A DNA stretch of 64,000 nucleotides, taken from Desulfosudaceae bacterium. Lineage in GTDB: Bacteria; Desulfobacterota; Desulfobacteria; Desulfobacterales; Desulfosudaceae. Made by a program: the position numbers and the translations under genes. Positions 18,951-29,122 of the stretch are shown here, piece after piece. The stretch is taken from positions 1,408,001 to 1,472,000 of the forward strand of contig CAXXDV010000001.1 in the NCBI GenBank assembly GCA_963674745.2, given 5' to 3'. Position 1 is the stretch's first letter. Each line of letters starts with the position of its first letter. The notes beneath the pieces are model-generated. The model was not told the DNA's origin. It worked only from the letters and a program-made list of their open reading frames with translations, and ran no database searches.

Positions 18951-19151
18951 ATCTACGCTCTCATCTGTCAGGCATGTTAAAAGATTGACTGTTGTTTTCC
19001 TGATGCCTGATAATGAACCATAGATAAGTGTGTAAAAGTCAGAAAAGCGACTTTTGCGGCTCGGCCGGGTTATGTGTTCGGCCAACCATTGATGCCCAAG
19101 AGTGTTTCGGAGGAGGGGCGTCAAAGCCGGAGGATGAATTCAAAGGAGGGG

Positions 19152-20006
19152 TTACAAACCAGTCAGCAGGGCCTGAACAGCCTGCCGCTCATAAGCGCGG
19201 CTGACCAGGGGGCCGTCCTTGAGGTGATCGATGCGGTCCGTAAACGAAGTCGTTTCCTTCTGATAAAGGATGCCGATGGGAATCTTTTCTTCCCATTGTT
19301 CAGCCAGGGCCAGGGCCTGCTGTTTGTTGGACATATCATGATCACTTCCAAGCAGATCGAACACCCGCTGTTTGTACCAGGCATGTGTGTTGACCCGGTT
19401 AAAAGAAACGCAGGGATGCAGAATATCCACCAGGCTGAAGCCTTTATGGCGGATGGCGGCCTGAATGACGCCCACCAGGTTGTCTTTGCTGCCGGAATAA
19501 CTACGGGCGACAAAGCCCGCGCCCAGGGCCAGGGCCACGGCCAGGGGGTTGAAGGCTTCGTAAAGCACACCCCGGCGCTGCATTTTAGTGACAAAACCCC
19601 GGTCGGAGGTGGGTGAGGACTGGCCCTTGGTCAGGCCATAGACCTTGTTGTCATGAACCAGCAGGGTGATATCGATGTTGCGGCGAACGGCGTTTAGAAA
19701 ATGGTTGCCCCCCTCGCCGTAACAATCACCGTCGCCGGAGTTGACGATGATGGTCAGGTCATGGTTGGCAATCTTGGCGCCGGTGGCCACGGGCAGGGCC
19801 CGGCCGTGAAGGCCGTGGAAAAAATTGCATTTTAAAAAATGGGGGGTTTTGCCGGCCTGCCCGATGCCCGACACCAGCAGGACGTTTTCAGGGGCCATAT
19901 CCAGGCCGGCTAGGGCTGTTTTCATGGCATCCAGAATGTTGAAATTGCCGCAGCCCGGGCACCACTTGTTTTCAAAACCACATTCAAAAGCCTGCTTATT
20001 AATCAT
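19152..20006 (-). CDS. korB: 2-oxoacid:ferredoxin oxidoreductase beta subunit
   Basis: WCPGCG, GIGQ, HGR and GDGD TPP-binding motifs. Confidence 0.9.
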   Translation of the reverse strand: MINKQAFECGFENKWCPGCGNFNILDAMKTALAGLDMAPENVLLVSGIGQAGKTPHFLKCNFFHGLHGRALPVATGAKIANHDLTIIVNSGDGDCYGEGGNHFLNAVRRNIDITLLVHDNKVYGLTKGQSSPTSDRGFVTKMQRRGVLYEAFNPLAVALALGAGFVARSYSGSKDNLVGVIQAAIRHKGFSLVDILHPCVSFNRVNTHAWYKQRVFDLLGSDHDMSNKQQALALAEQWEEKIPIGILYQKETTSFTDRIDHLKDGPLVSRAYERQAVQALLTGL

Positions 20007-21711
20007 TGCTTCCTCCTGAAAAGGCATGATAACCGTCGATAACGTCTTCGGCGGTCAACGGCCGGCCGTCATATTTCAAAATCGCGCCATCGGGCGAAAG
20101 GCCGCTCTGCTGCCGGATGAGCTGACCCAGCTGGGCGGTGGCGTTGGCTTCCACGGTCAGGATGGTGTCCGCCGATCCGACGGCGTCGACAAAGGGCTGT
20201 TGCGGAAACGGCCAGAGGTCGGCCATGGTAAGGCATCCGATATCCACCCCGTCAACATGAAGCCGTTCCACGGCTTCTTCGACCGCGCCGGCCGAAGACC
20301 CCCAGGCGATCAGCAGGGTTTTGCTGTCCGGGTAAAGCGTGTCCGGCGGCTGCATTTCCCCGGTCATGGCCGCGAATTTGTCAAAGCGCTTGTTGACCAT
20401 GTTTACCCGGTTGGTTTTGTCCTCGCTGATGTGCCCGTCGGGCGTGTGCTCATTGCCCGACACGGCCACCAGGGCTTTGCCGGCACAGGGCAGGGCCCGG
20501 GGGGAAACACCGGATTCGGCTAGGGCGTATCGCAGGTATTCTTCCGGGTTTTTGATATCGGAGTCGGTGACGAGATGGCGTTCAATCTGTTCCGGGGCCT
20601 GAAAAGAAGCCTTTGTTACGGCCGTCATGTCGTTAAAAAAATGATCGGTCAAAACGATGACCGGTACCTGGTAAAGGTCGGCCAGGTCAAAGGCCCGCAG
20701 CATGATCTCGTAACCTTCGTCCACGTTCCGGGGGGCAAAGACAAAGCGGGGAAACTCATCCTGGGAGGCATTGATAACAAACAGCAGGTCGCCCTGGGCG
20801 GTGCGGGTGGGCAGGCCGGTGGCCGGGCCGGGACGCTGGGAGTTGATGACCACCAGGGGCGTTTCGGTGATACCGGCCAGCCCCAGGCCTTCGGTCATGA
20901 GGCAGAAACCGCCGCCGGAGGTGGCCGTCAGTGCCCGGGCACCGGCAAACGAAGCGCCGATGGCCATGTTGACGGCCGCGATTTCATCCTCGGCCTGTTC
21001 CACCACCAGTGGATATGTATCGGATATTTCGGACAACTGCTGCATGATACCGGTGGCCGGTGACATGGGATAAAAAGCGCCGACCCGCACATCAGCAGCC
21101 AACGCCCCCAGGGCCAGCGCCCGGGAACCGGACATGAGCAGACCGTCAGATGGTGAAGGCGTCCATTTGAAGGCTTTGGCAAAGGCGATATCCTTCATGG
21201 CCTGGTAGCCGGCCCGGGCGGTGGCCATATTTTTTTCTTGTACGGCCTGATCGGCTTTTTCAAAATGGGTGGACAGAATCTCTTCCAGCATCTCAAGCGG
21301 CGCGCCCAGCAGGGCCAGGCAGGCTCCTGCGGCCACCGTGTTGGCCATGATTTTACCGCCGGCTTCTTCGGCCATGCCGGTTATGGGAATCCGGTGCGTG
21401 TTGCCGTTGGAAGAGGCTTTTTCATCGTCCACAATAACAAGGCCGTCCGGCGCCAGCCGTTGCTGATGACGGTCGACGGTTTCCGGGGTCATGGCCAGCA
21501 GCAGATCGATGGAACGGCAGGGCGCTTTGACAGGCCGGTCGCTGACGCGGATCTGAACATTGCTGTGTCCGCCCCGGATGCGGGACTCATAGTTGTTGAC
21601 GGCAAGTACATGCAGCCCGGTTTTCCGGCAGACCTGGACCAGCAGGTCGCCGACGGTCTGGATGCCCTGGCCGGCTGCGCCGCCGATGAGGATATTGATG
21701 TCGATTGACAT
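19999..21711 (-). CDS. korA: 2-oxoacid:ferredoxin oxidoreductase alpha subunit (gamma-alpha fusion)
   Basis: GGAAGQGI, YESRIRGG, YPMSP, QAEDEIAA, TSGGG. Confidence 0.9.
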   Translation of the reverse strand: MSIDINILIGGAAGQGIQTVGDLLVQVCRKTGLHVLAVNNYESRIRGGHSNVQIRVSDRPVKAPCRSIDLLLAMTPETVDRHQQRLAPDGLVIVDDEKASSNGNTHRIPITGMAEEAGGKIMANTVAAGACLALLGAPLEMLEEILSTHFEKADQAVQEKNMATARAGYQAMKDIAFAKAFKWTPSPSDGLLMSGSRALALGALAADVRVGAFYPMSPATGIMQQLSEISDTYPLVVEQAEDEIAAVNMAIGASFAGARALTATSGGGFCLMTEGLGLAGITETPLVVINSQRPGPATGLPTRTAQGDLLFVINASQDEFPRFVFAPRNVDEGYEIMLRAFDLADLYQVPVIVLTDHFFNDMTAVTKASFQAPEQIERHLVTDSDIKNPEEYLRYALAESGVSPRALPCAGKALVAVSGNEHTPDGHISEDKTNRVNMVNKRFDKFAAMTGEMQPPDTLYPDSKTLLIAWGSSAGAVEEAVERLHVDGVDIGCLTMADLWPFPQQPFVDAVGSADTILTVEANATAQLGQLIRQQSGLSPDGAILKYDGRPLTAEDVIDGYHAFSGGSND

Positions 21712-21797
21712 AAGCATTCACCTTTAATTAAACAATTTAACCCGGAAATTTCACGAGTTGATTTTGAGCCTGGCCCCTGGCGCCTTCTGCAAGGCCC

Positions 21798-21858
21798 AGG
21801 AAGGGGCACCCCCCTGTGGGTGCCCTTTGGTCGGGGGCCACAGGGGGCCGCCCCTACA
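21798..21858. repeat. REP-like palindromic doublet
   Basis: Minus strand GTAGGGGCGGCCCCCTGTGGCC...GGGCACCCACAGGGGGGTGCCCCT. Confidence 0.55.
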
Positions 21859-21925
21859 ATATCCGTCAATTATTTGCGTTTTAAATATGTTCATAGATGG
21901 CGATAAAATTCATGAAATATCAGAA

Positions 21926-24601
21926 TTAAGGGGCCGGGGTGTCAAGCAGCTGCCGCAACACGTAGGGCAGGATTCCGCCATGCCGGTAATAGTCGACCTC
22001 GACTTCCGAGTCGAGACGGGCGATTACGTCAAACGTAATAAAGTCGATATCGTTTTCATCTGCACGGACCAAAAGTGTTTTACCGGGGGTCAGACCGTCG
22101 CTGATACCGGTAATCGAAAAAATTTCGTGGCCGGTCAGGCCCAGGCTTTCGGCGCTCATGCCGGGCTTGAACTGCAGCGGCAGCACGCCCATGGCCACCA
22201 GGTTGCTGCGGTGAATGCGTTCAAAACTTTCGGCAATCACCGCACGGACACCGAGCAACTGAGTCCCCTTGGCGGCCCAGTCCCGGGAACTCCCGGACCC
22301 GTAATCTTTACCGGCCAGCACGATCAGCGGGACATGGTCCTTTTTATACGCCATGGCCGCGTCATATATGCTCATGACCTCATTGCCCGGCAAAAAGGTT
22401 GTCCAGCCGCCTTCGGTTTCCGGAGCCAGACGGTTTTTAAGGCGGATATTGCCGAAGGTTCCCCGTATCATGATTTCATGGTTGCCCCGGCGCGCGCCAT
22501 ACGAGTTGAAATCAGTGGGCGGTATCCTGTTTAAAAGCAGGTATTGGCCGGCCGGGCTGTCTCCCGGGATTTCACCTGCCGGTGAAATGTGATCGGTGGT
22601 AATGGTGTCTCCCAACACCGCCAGCACACGTGCCTGGTTGATGTCTCCGGGATCCGGGGCTGACGGTGCCATGTCGATAAAAAAGGGCGGTTCCTTGATA
22701 TAAGAAGAGTCCGCATCCCATCGATATCGTTCCCGGCGGACGTCCGGAAGTTTTCGCCAGTTCCCGTAACCATTATAGACCGCCTTATAACAGTCTAAAA
22801 ACAGGTCCGGGGTGACAAAAGACATCAGATCGTTGATTTCATCATCCGTCGGCCAGATGTCTCTGAGGAATACCGGCTGGTCATCCGCATCCCGGCCCAG
22901 GGGTTCGTTTTCAAGATCAATATGGACGGTTCCTGCCAGCGCGTAAGCAATCACCAGCATGGGCGAGGCCAGGTAGTTGGCCCGGGTCATCGGGTTGACC
23001 CGGCCTTCATAATTACGGTTGCCGCTCAGGACGGATGCTGCGATCAGGCCGTTTCTCCAGACCTGACGTTGGATTTCACGGTCCAGCGGGCCGCTGTTGC
23101 CGATACAGGTCGTGCAGCCGTAAGCTACCGGATGGAACCCCAGTTTTTCCAGGCTGGAAAGCAGACCGGATTTCTGCAGATATTTCGTTACCACCCGTGA
23201 TCCCGGTGCCAGGCTGGTTTTGACCCATGGTTTGACTTCCAGGTCCCGGGAAACCGCTTTTTGGGCCAGCAGTCCGGCACCCAGCAGGATTGCGGGGTTG
23301 GACGTGTTGGTGCAACTGGTAATGGCCGCGATAACAACCGCACCGTGGTCCAGTCGGGATATCGGTGCCTGCCTGTCCGGCGTTTTTGATGCCACGCCAA
23401 AGGCATCGGTAAAAGATTGTTTCAGGTTGCGCACCGGGACCCGTTCATGCGGTTTTTTTGGTCCTGCCAGGCAGGGCTCTACAGTGGCCAGGTCGAGATG
23501 AATCGTATCGGAATAAACGGGCTGCGGGGTCTTTGGCGTATGGAACAACCCCTGGGCGGAACAGTAAGTCTTCACTAGGGTTACCCGTGATTTTGATCGG
23601 CCAGTCAGCAACAGGTAATCCAGCGTTTTATGATCTATCGGAAACATGGAAACAGTGGCGCCGAATTCGGGCGTCATGTTGGCGATGGTGGCCCGGTCCG
23701 GGAGGCTGAGCGCCGCCAGTCCACTGCCGTAAAATTCAATAAAATTACCCACCATATCTTTCTTGCGGGCTATTTCGGTTATGGTCAGTACCAGGTCCGT
23801 GGCGGTAACGCCTTTGGACAGCCGACCGGACAGCTCAAAACCGATCACCCGCGGCGGCAGAAAGTAAATCGGCTGGCCCAGCATGACGGCTTCAGCCTCG
23901 ATGCCGCCCACACCCCAGCCCACAACGCCCAGCGCATTGATCATGGTGGTATGCGAATCCAGGCCGACCAGGGTGTCGAAATAAGCCAGCCGGCCTTCTT
24001 CAAAGGGTTCGCCAACAACCACCCGGCTCAGATATTCCAGGTTGACCTGGTGGCAGATGCCTGTCACCGGGGGGACGACAAAAAAATTGTCAAAGCTGGC
24101 CTGCCCCCATTTTAAAAACAAATACCGTTCACGATTACGCTTCATTTCTTTTTCAGCGTTAACGGCCAGCGCGGACATACTGCCGTAAGCATCGACTTGA
24201 ACCGAATGGTCGATGACCAGGTGGACCGGAATACGGGGGTTGATTCGGCCGGGATCTCCGCCCTGTCGGAATAATGCTTCCCGCATGGCAGCCAGGTCGG
24301 CCACTGCCGGAACACCGGTGAAGTCCTGCATCAGGACCCGGGTCGGTAAAAAAGGAATTTCGGCTTTTTTTTCCTCGTCCGGTGACCAGTGAGCCAGGCT
24401 TTCGATATGGTCCCGGGTGACCAGTCGCCCATCTTCATTCCTCATCAGGTTTTCCAGCAGAATACGGATACTGACCGGCAGCCGGGTAAAGTCGAGGTTC
24501 AGTTTTTCGGCCAGCTTTTCCAGGCTGTAGTAGGCCGTCGGCTGTTCATCGATTGTCAGCGATGACCGGGTCTGAAAAGAATCAACACTTTGCTTTGTCA
24601 T
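21926..24601 (-). CDS. acnA: aconitate hydratase AcnA
   Basis: QDFTGVPA, DHSVQVD, AITSCTNTSNP, GCTTCIGNSG, GSSRDWAAKG. Confidence 0.97.
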   Translation of the reverse strand: MTKQSVDSFQTRSSLTIDEQPTAYYSLEKLAEKLNLDFTRLPVSIRILLENLMRNEDGRLVTRDHIESLAHWSPDEEKKAEIPFLPTRVLMQDFTGVPAVADLAAMREALFRQGGDPGRINPRIPVHLVIDHSVQVDAYGSMSALAVNAEKEMKRNRERYLFLKWGQASFDNFFVVPPVTGICHQVNLEYLSRVVVGEPFEEGRLAYFDTLVGLDSHTTMINALGVVGWGVGGIEAEAVMLGQPIYFLPPRVIGFELSGRLSKGVTATDLVLTITEIARKKDMVGNFIEFYGSGLAALSLPDRATIANMTPEFGATVSMFPIDHKTLDYLLLTGRSKSRVTLVKTYCSAQGLFHTPKTPQPVYSDTIHLDLATVEPCLAGPKKPHERVPVRNLKQSFTDAFGVASKTPDRQAPISRLDHGAVVIAAITSCTNTSNPAILLGAGLLAQKAVSRDLEVKPWVKTSLAPGSRVVTKYLQKSGLLSSLEKLGFHPVAYGCTTCIGNSGPLDREIQRQVWRNGLIAASVLSGNRNYEGRVNPMTRANYLASPMLVIAYALAGTVHIDLENEPLGRDADDQPVFLRDIWPTDDEINDLMSFVTPDLFLDCYKAVYNGYGNWRKLPDVRRERYRWDADSSYIKEPPFFIDMAPSAPDPGDINQARVLAVLGDTITTDHISPAGEIPGDSPAGQYLLLNRIPPTDFNSYGARRGNHEIMIRGTFGNIRLKNRLAPETEGGWTTFLPGNEVMSIYDAAMAYKKDHVPLIVLAGKDYGSGSSRDWAAKGTQLLGVRAVIAESFERIHRSNLVAMGVLPLQFKPGMSAESLGLTGHEIFSITGISDGLTPGKTLLVRADENDIDFITFDVIARLDSEVEVDYYRHGGILPYVLRQLLDTPAP

Positions 24602-24605
24602 TTTG

Positions 24606-25787
24606 CTACTTTCGTTCATCCAGAGGAATAAATGAACATTCGTCCGGACCGCAGTATTCGCCGACATACTCGGCCGATGGCCGGTACAGGGCCGGTTTTG
24701 ATCCGGCGCCGCCCAGTTGCTCTTCGATGATATGGGCCACCCAGCCGGCCACACGGGAAATAGCAAAGACCGGGGTAAACAGATCAACGGGAATGTTCAT
24801 GTAGTTGTAGACCGAGGCACTGTAGAAATCGACATTGGGATAGATATCCATTCCCTTTTTTTCTTTAAAAGCGGCTTTTCCCTTCTGTTCCAGGGCCACT
24901 GTCATATCGTACCAGAGCGGTTCGCCGGTGAGTTCACCCAAACGTCGGGACATGGCCGACAGGATGGTCGCCCGGGGGTCGCCGGTTTTATATACCGCAT
25001 GTCCCAATCCCATGATTTTGCCGCCGGTATCCAGTATGTTCGTGATATAGGCATCAATGGCTTCGACCGAACCGATCTCTTTTAACATCTGCATGACCCG
25101 CGAATTGGCACCGCCATGAAGCTCACCGGAAAGAGAGCCGACAGCCGCGGAAACAGCCGCATATATGTGGGCCCGGGTGGATGCCACCTGGCGGGCGGAA
25201 AACGTGGAGGCATTAAAAGAGTGCTCGGCATGAAGCACCAGGCAGACATCGAAAAACCGGGCCGTCTCCGCGTCTGGCCGTTGACCGGTCAGCATGTAGA
25301 GAAAATTGGCCGCGTGGCCCAAATCCGGATCGGGTGAGATGACGGGCTGGCCGGTGCGAATCCGGTGCCAGGTTGCTACGATCGTGGCCATTGAGGCCAA
25401 AAGCCGGATACCGGATATCAGGGCATTGTCCCTGTTCGGTGTTTTAATGCCGGGATCATCCCGGGCCAGCAGGGGGATTACGCCCTGCAAAACGTCCATG
25501 GGATGGGTCTGTTTGGAAATGTTCTCCATGGCACCGATCAGTTCCGTGCCGATAGTCCGGTTTTCGGACAGGGCGGCGCTAAACTGATTTAATTGCCCCG
25601 GGTCCGGCAGTGTTTCGTAAAGCAACAGGTGTGCGACTTCTTCATAGGTGGCGGACTCGGCCAGGTCGGTGATAATAAATCCGCGATAAATCAGCTTGCC
25701 GGCCTCACCATCCACATGGCTGATGCGTGTTCTGGCGACTTTGACGCCCCTTAACCCGGTGTCCATTATCTGGTCGTTTTCCTGCAT
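24606..25787 (-). CDS. gltA: citrate synthase
   Basis: HAEHSFNAST, LHGGAN, GLGHAVYK, NVDFYS. Confidence 0.95.
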   Translation of the reverse strand: MQENDQIMDTGLRGVKVARTRISHVDGEAGKLIYRGFIITDLAESATYEEVAHLLLYETLPDPGQLNQFSAALSENRTIGTELIGAMENISKQTHPMDVLQGVIPLLARDDPGIKTPNRDNALISGIRLLASMATIVATWHRIRTGQPVISPDPDLGHAANFLYMLTGQRPDAETARFFDVCLVLHAEHSFNASTFSARQVASTRAHIYAAVSAAVGSLSGELHGGANSRVMQMLKEIGSVEAIDAYITNILDTGGKIMGLGHAVYKTGDPRATILSAMSRRLGELTGEPLWYDMTVALEQKGKAAFKEKKGMDIYPNVDFYSASVYNYMNIPVDLFTPVFAISRVAGWVAHIIEEQLGGAGSKPALYRPSAEYVGEYCGPDECSFIPLDERK

Positions 25788-25890
25788 TTATCCGGTCTCC
25801 CCTTAGACGGCGTGGTAAAAAAATTTATTTTGCCATCCAAAATCTGGCTTTTGTTAGCGTTTTAAAAGAACTTTTGTATGATGCCGCTTT

Positions 25891-26223
25891 CTAAAAGTCG
25901 AATTTTTCCGGCGGCCGCCGCTCCGGGACATATTCGTGCGGCATTTTACCGTCATTCCAGGCCCGGGAAACGTAAAGCGCACAATAGCAGCTGCCGTATT
26001 CGGCCACATCCGGCTCACGGTACTCACAAGGGCAGATGATGTCTTTGTCTTTTTCCCGGTCTCCGGAAGCCAACCGGCAGGGACAGGACATGTAACCGTA
26101 GCGGTCCTTGTTGACCAGAAGCGATTCCAGCAGGTCCATGATAAGCGCCCGGTCCTTGTTAAAAAAATAGCCCTTGGGTTCCTGAATTTTTTTCAATTGT
26201 TCAAAAAGTTGTTCTTTATCCAT
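25891..26223 (-). CDS. ferredoxin:thioredoxin reductase catalytic subunit-like protein
   Basis: CPCR, CPC and CYC motifs. Confidence 0.9.
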   Translation of the reverse strand: MDKEQLFEQLKKIQEPKGYFFNKDRALIMDLLESLLVNKDRYGYMSCPCRLASGDREKDKDIICPCEYREPDVAEYGSCYCALYVSRAWNDGKMPHEYVPERRPPEKFDF

Positions 26224-26477
26224 TACAGCCCCAGCGCCTCTCTGATTTCGTTTTCCTTGAATCCCACAATTACATTTTCGCCGATGATGATGGTCGGAAA
26301 TGTGCAGCGGGGATTGTATTTTTTGACCTCTTCGATGAGGGCCTTACGCTCTTCTCCCTGTCTTAAGTCAACGTCAACAGCGTCATAGTCAACGTTGCAC
26401 TGTTTCAGGAAGCTTTTGGTCGATTTGCAATGGCTGCAGGTGCTTAATGTGTAGAGCTTTACGTCCGGTGTGGTCAT
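26223..26477 (-). CDS. glutaredoxin-like protein
   Basis: CSHC, TFP, IVGF. Confidence 0.9.
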   Translation of the reverse strand: MTTPDVKLYTLSTCSHCKSTKSFLKQCNVDYDAVDVDLRQGEERKALIEEVKKYNPRCTFPTIIIGENVIVGFKENEIREALGL

Positions 26478-26607
26478 TATTGGTCTCCTCTTTTTGAAAC
26501 AGATGTGTCTTGATGGACTCGGAACAGCCGAATTCCGGGTTGCAAATTAAAAAAAGAGCTAGATCAAGGCGTTACGAATCTCAAGGGATGCCGCTTTTAC
26601 TGTTCCA

Positions 26608-26811
26608 TCATTCCGGCATTTGGCACTCCTTGTTCCATTCAGGGCAGACATCTTTCATTTCAGCCTGATATTTGGCCATGCACTCGGAACACTCCAGTTC
26701 AACGTTCGGCACGGCACCGAAACGTTCCATCATCTCTCTTCGGGTTAAATTGGAAACCGCACTGCACCCGCATTGCGGGCAGGCGTGTTTCATTTGAAAA
26801 CGCTGGGCCAT
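26608..26811 (-). CDS. small Cys-rich hypothetical protein
   Basis: CPQCGC, CSEC; RBS AAGGAG. Confidence 0.6.
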   Translation of the reverse strand: MAQRFQMKHACPQCGCSAVSNLTRREMMERFGAVPNVELECSECMAKYQAEMKDVCPEWNKECQMPE

Positions 26812-26825
26812 GTTTTTCTCCTTGT

Positions 26826-27509
26826 TTAACAGTTAATGATTGCTCCGATTGATATTCTTTCCAGCCGCTGATCCCGATACAACACAAAAACCTGATCATC
26901 ATTCGCCATGCTGCGCAAAACCGGTTTCAAAATATCACTGTCCAGGGCCGTTGCCGCCCAGGCGGCATGTCCCCGGATATCGGTATCCGGGGAGGCCAGA
27001 TAGGGCGGTAAAAATTTTTTCGTCGGTCCCATCAGTTTCGGCCTGATGCGGGCCAGTCGCCCGATGGCCCATAACAATCCCGGCTGCAACGCTTCCAGTT
27101 CCAGGTAGTTCTCGTCGGGCGACAGGTACGAAATCAAAATGGCGTGAAACTCTTCGGCCAGCCGCTGATGACGGGCCATGATTTCCCCCATTGATTCGGG
27201 TGCGCCCCAGCCGATCCCCCCGGACTCGTCATTCAGGCTCCACATCAGGCGGCGCATGATCACCCGGGCGGATTCCATATCCTTGTCGGCTAATCCGGCC
27301 ACCAGTCGACCGATGGCTGTAACCGCCCGCCATTTTTCAATGGGCTCCGGGCTGTAAAGCATTGACAGCAAAGGATTGATCAGGCGCCGGGCCGGTTGTT
27401 GCAACAAATCCGGCGGCATTTCCTCGCTGGCGTTCCCTATTAACCACTCCCGGACCAGGATTTTTAACTGCCGGTTGGACGGGTTGCAGGCGTTCATACC
27501 TATTCCCAA
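26826..27509 (-). CDS. HEAT-like repeat protein (DVU0298-like)
   Basis: MRRLMWSLNDESGGIGWGAPE motif. Confidence 0.75.
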   Translation of the reverse strand: MGIGMNACNPSNRQLKILVREWLIGNASEEMPPDLLQQPARRLINPLLSMLYSPEPIEKWRAVTAIGRLVAGLADKDMESARVIMRRLMWSLNDESGGIGWGAPESMGEIMARHQRLAEEFHAILISYLSPDENYLELEALQPGLLWAIGRLARIRPKLMGPTKKFLPPYLASPDTDIRGHAAWAATALDSDILKPVLRSMANDDQVFVLYRDQRLERISIGAIINC

Positions 27510-27700
27510 TCAATACAACGCTGGGGACAATTTTTTATGGCTTCGTTTACCGCTTCTTCCGGATATTCCTCAAGGTCGCTTACTTCTATGAAGCCAACGT
27601 CATTGATCTTAAAAACCTGCGGACAGACGCTGGTGCAGACTTCACACAGGATACACTCGCTCAACTCGACTACCGGCCGCCTGACAGGGCTTTTGTTCAC
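27500..27700 (-). CDS. ferredoxin
   Basis: CILCEVCTSVCP...CP. Confidence 0.85.
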   Translation of the reverse strand: MNKSPVRRPVVELSECILCEVCTSVCPQVFKINDVGFIEVSDLEEYPEEAVNEAIKNCPQRCIDWE

Positions 27701-28896
27701 GTTTGTACCAACCGCTGGTTTAGGGCCTGACCGATTTTACGGCCGAAATCCCGGCATTCATCCAGTGCTTTTTCGTCCGGCACATACTGGATCTTTAACC
27801 CGGGCTCGATCATGTCAAACTTCATTTCTTCCAGCGCCTTGTAGATGTGCGATACCGACTCGCCGCTCCAGCCGTACGAGCCAAAGGCGGCCCCGATTTT
27901 GTTTTTCGGCCGCAGTCCTTTCATGTAAACCAGCAGGTCCATGACCGTGGGAAAGACATTGTTGTTCAGCGTCGGCGAACCGACAACAATGGCGCCGGCC
28001 TCCAGGACTTCCGTCATGACCTCGCTGCGGTCGCTGTGTCGCAGGCTTATGGGCCGGGCCGCAACGCCCTCTTCCGATAAACCTTCGGCAATGATTTCGG
28101 CCATGCGTTCGGTGCTGTGCCACATGGAGTCGTAAACCACCACCGCCTTTTTTGTCGGTTCATGTTGACTCCAGCGGACATAGGCATCAACAATCCGGCC
28201 GGGGTCCGAGCGCCAGATAATACCATGGTCGGGACAGATCATGCGGAACTTCAGCCCCAGATCGGCCACGGCGGCGATCACCTTTTTGATTTTTTCCGTA
28301 TACAGCAGAAGGATGTTGGCAAAATATTTCGCGGCATGGGGCATGATCGCGTCGCCCAGCTCATCATCGAACTTTTCAGGCCCGGCATAATGCTGGCCGA
28401 AGGCGTCGCTGGAAAAGAGGATACCGTCTTCGGCGTCGTAGGTGAACATGCTGTCCGGCCAGTGCATCATCCGGGTTTCCAGAAACGTCAGGGTGCGTTT
28501 TCCCAACTTGAGGGTCTCTCCGTTTTCCACGGCGTGGAAGTTCCAGCCCTGGGGAAAATGCATGGACAGGTTTTTCTGCCCCATTTTGGAAACATACAGG
28601 GGTTTGTCCTCCCCGATCTTGTGCATAATCCGCGGCAGGCTGCCGGAATGGTCCATTTCAGTGTGATTGCTGATCATGTAGTCAATTTTTTTAGGATCAA
28701 CAACCCGAGAAATATTTTCCAGCAGTGCGTCGGCATGTTCTTTTTTGACCGTGTCGATCAAAGCGATCTTTTCATCCACGATCAGAAAAGCGTTGTATGT
28801 TGAACCGCGATGGGTCGAGTACCCGTGAAAATCCCGGATATTCCAGTCTACCGCCCCGACGTTGTATATCCCCGGAGCAATTTCTATGGCCGCCAT
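27697..28896 (-). CDS. fprA: flavodiiron protein (FprA / rubredoxin:oxygen oxidoreductase)
   Basis: HTEMDHSG, HWPDSM, DAFGQH and a flavodoxin domain. Confidence 0.93.
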   Translation of the reverse strand: MAAIEIAPGIYNVGAVDWNIRDFHGYSTHRGSTYNAFLIVDEKIALIDTVKKEHADALLENISRVVDPKKIDYMISNHTEMDHSGSLPRIMHKIGEDKPLYVSKMGQKNLSMHFPQGWNFHAVENGETLKLGKRTLTFLETRMMHWPDSMFTYDAEDGILFSSDAFGQHYAGPEKFDDELGDAIMPHAAKYFANILLLYTEKIKKVIAAVADLGLKFRMICPDHGIIWRSDPGRIVDAYVRWSQHEPTKKAVVVYDSMWHSTERMAEIIAEGLSEEGVAARPISLRHSDRSEVMTEVLEAGAIVVGSPTLNNNVFPTVMDLLVYMKGLRPKNKIGAAFGSYGWSGESVSHIYKALEEMKFDMIEPGLKIQYVPDEKALDECRDFGRKIGQALNQRLVQT

Positions 28897-28898
28897 GA

Positions 28899-29060
28899 TT
28901 ATTCCTCTTTTGAGAATTCATCCTTGCTGGCGCCGCAGATCGGGCATTCCCAGTCATCCGGAAGGTCTGCAAAGGCCGTCCCGGGATTGACACCGTTGTC
29001 CGGATCACCCTCGGCCGGGTCATAAATATAGCCGCACACATTACATACATACTTGTCCAT
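28899..29060 (-). CDS. rub: rubredoxin (53 aa; absent from the ORF track)
   Basis: Manual translation [53 protein letters not shown]. Confidence 0.95.
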   Translation of the reverse strand: MDKYVCNVCGYIYDPAEGDPDNGVNPGTAFADLPDDWECPICGASKDEFSKEE

Positions 29061-29122
29061 AATTTTTCTCCTTTAAAAATATAAAGCGTTTAAATGCCGT
29101 TGTCATAGTAAATAGGGCCATG

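Larger units (their letters stand above)
14290..19075 (-). mobile_element. putative integrative element: primase/helicase-like gene + two tyrosine recombinases
   Basis: Three co-oriented genes bounded by repeat A on the left and a degenerate direct copy of its core at 19061-19075; boundaries inferred. Confidence 0.6.

Noticed and set aside
18951..19124. Longer N-terminus of the primase-like ORF
   Set aside because: TTG start without an evident RBS, and it crosses the putative element boundary; ATG at 18950 preferred
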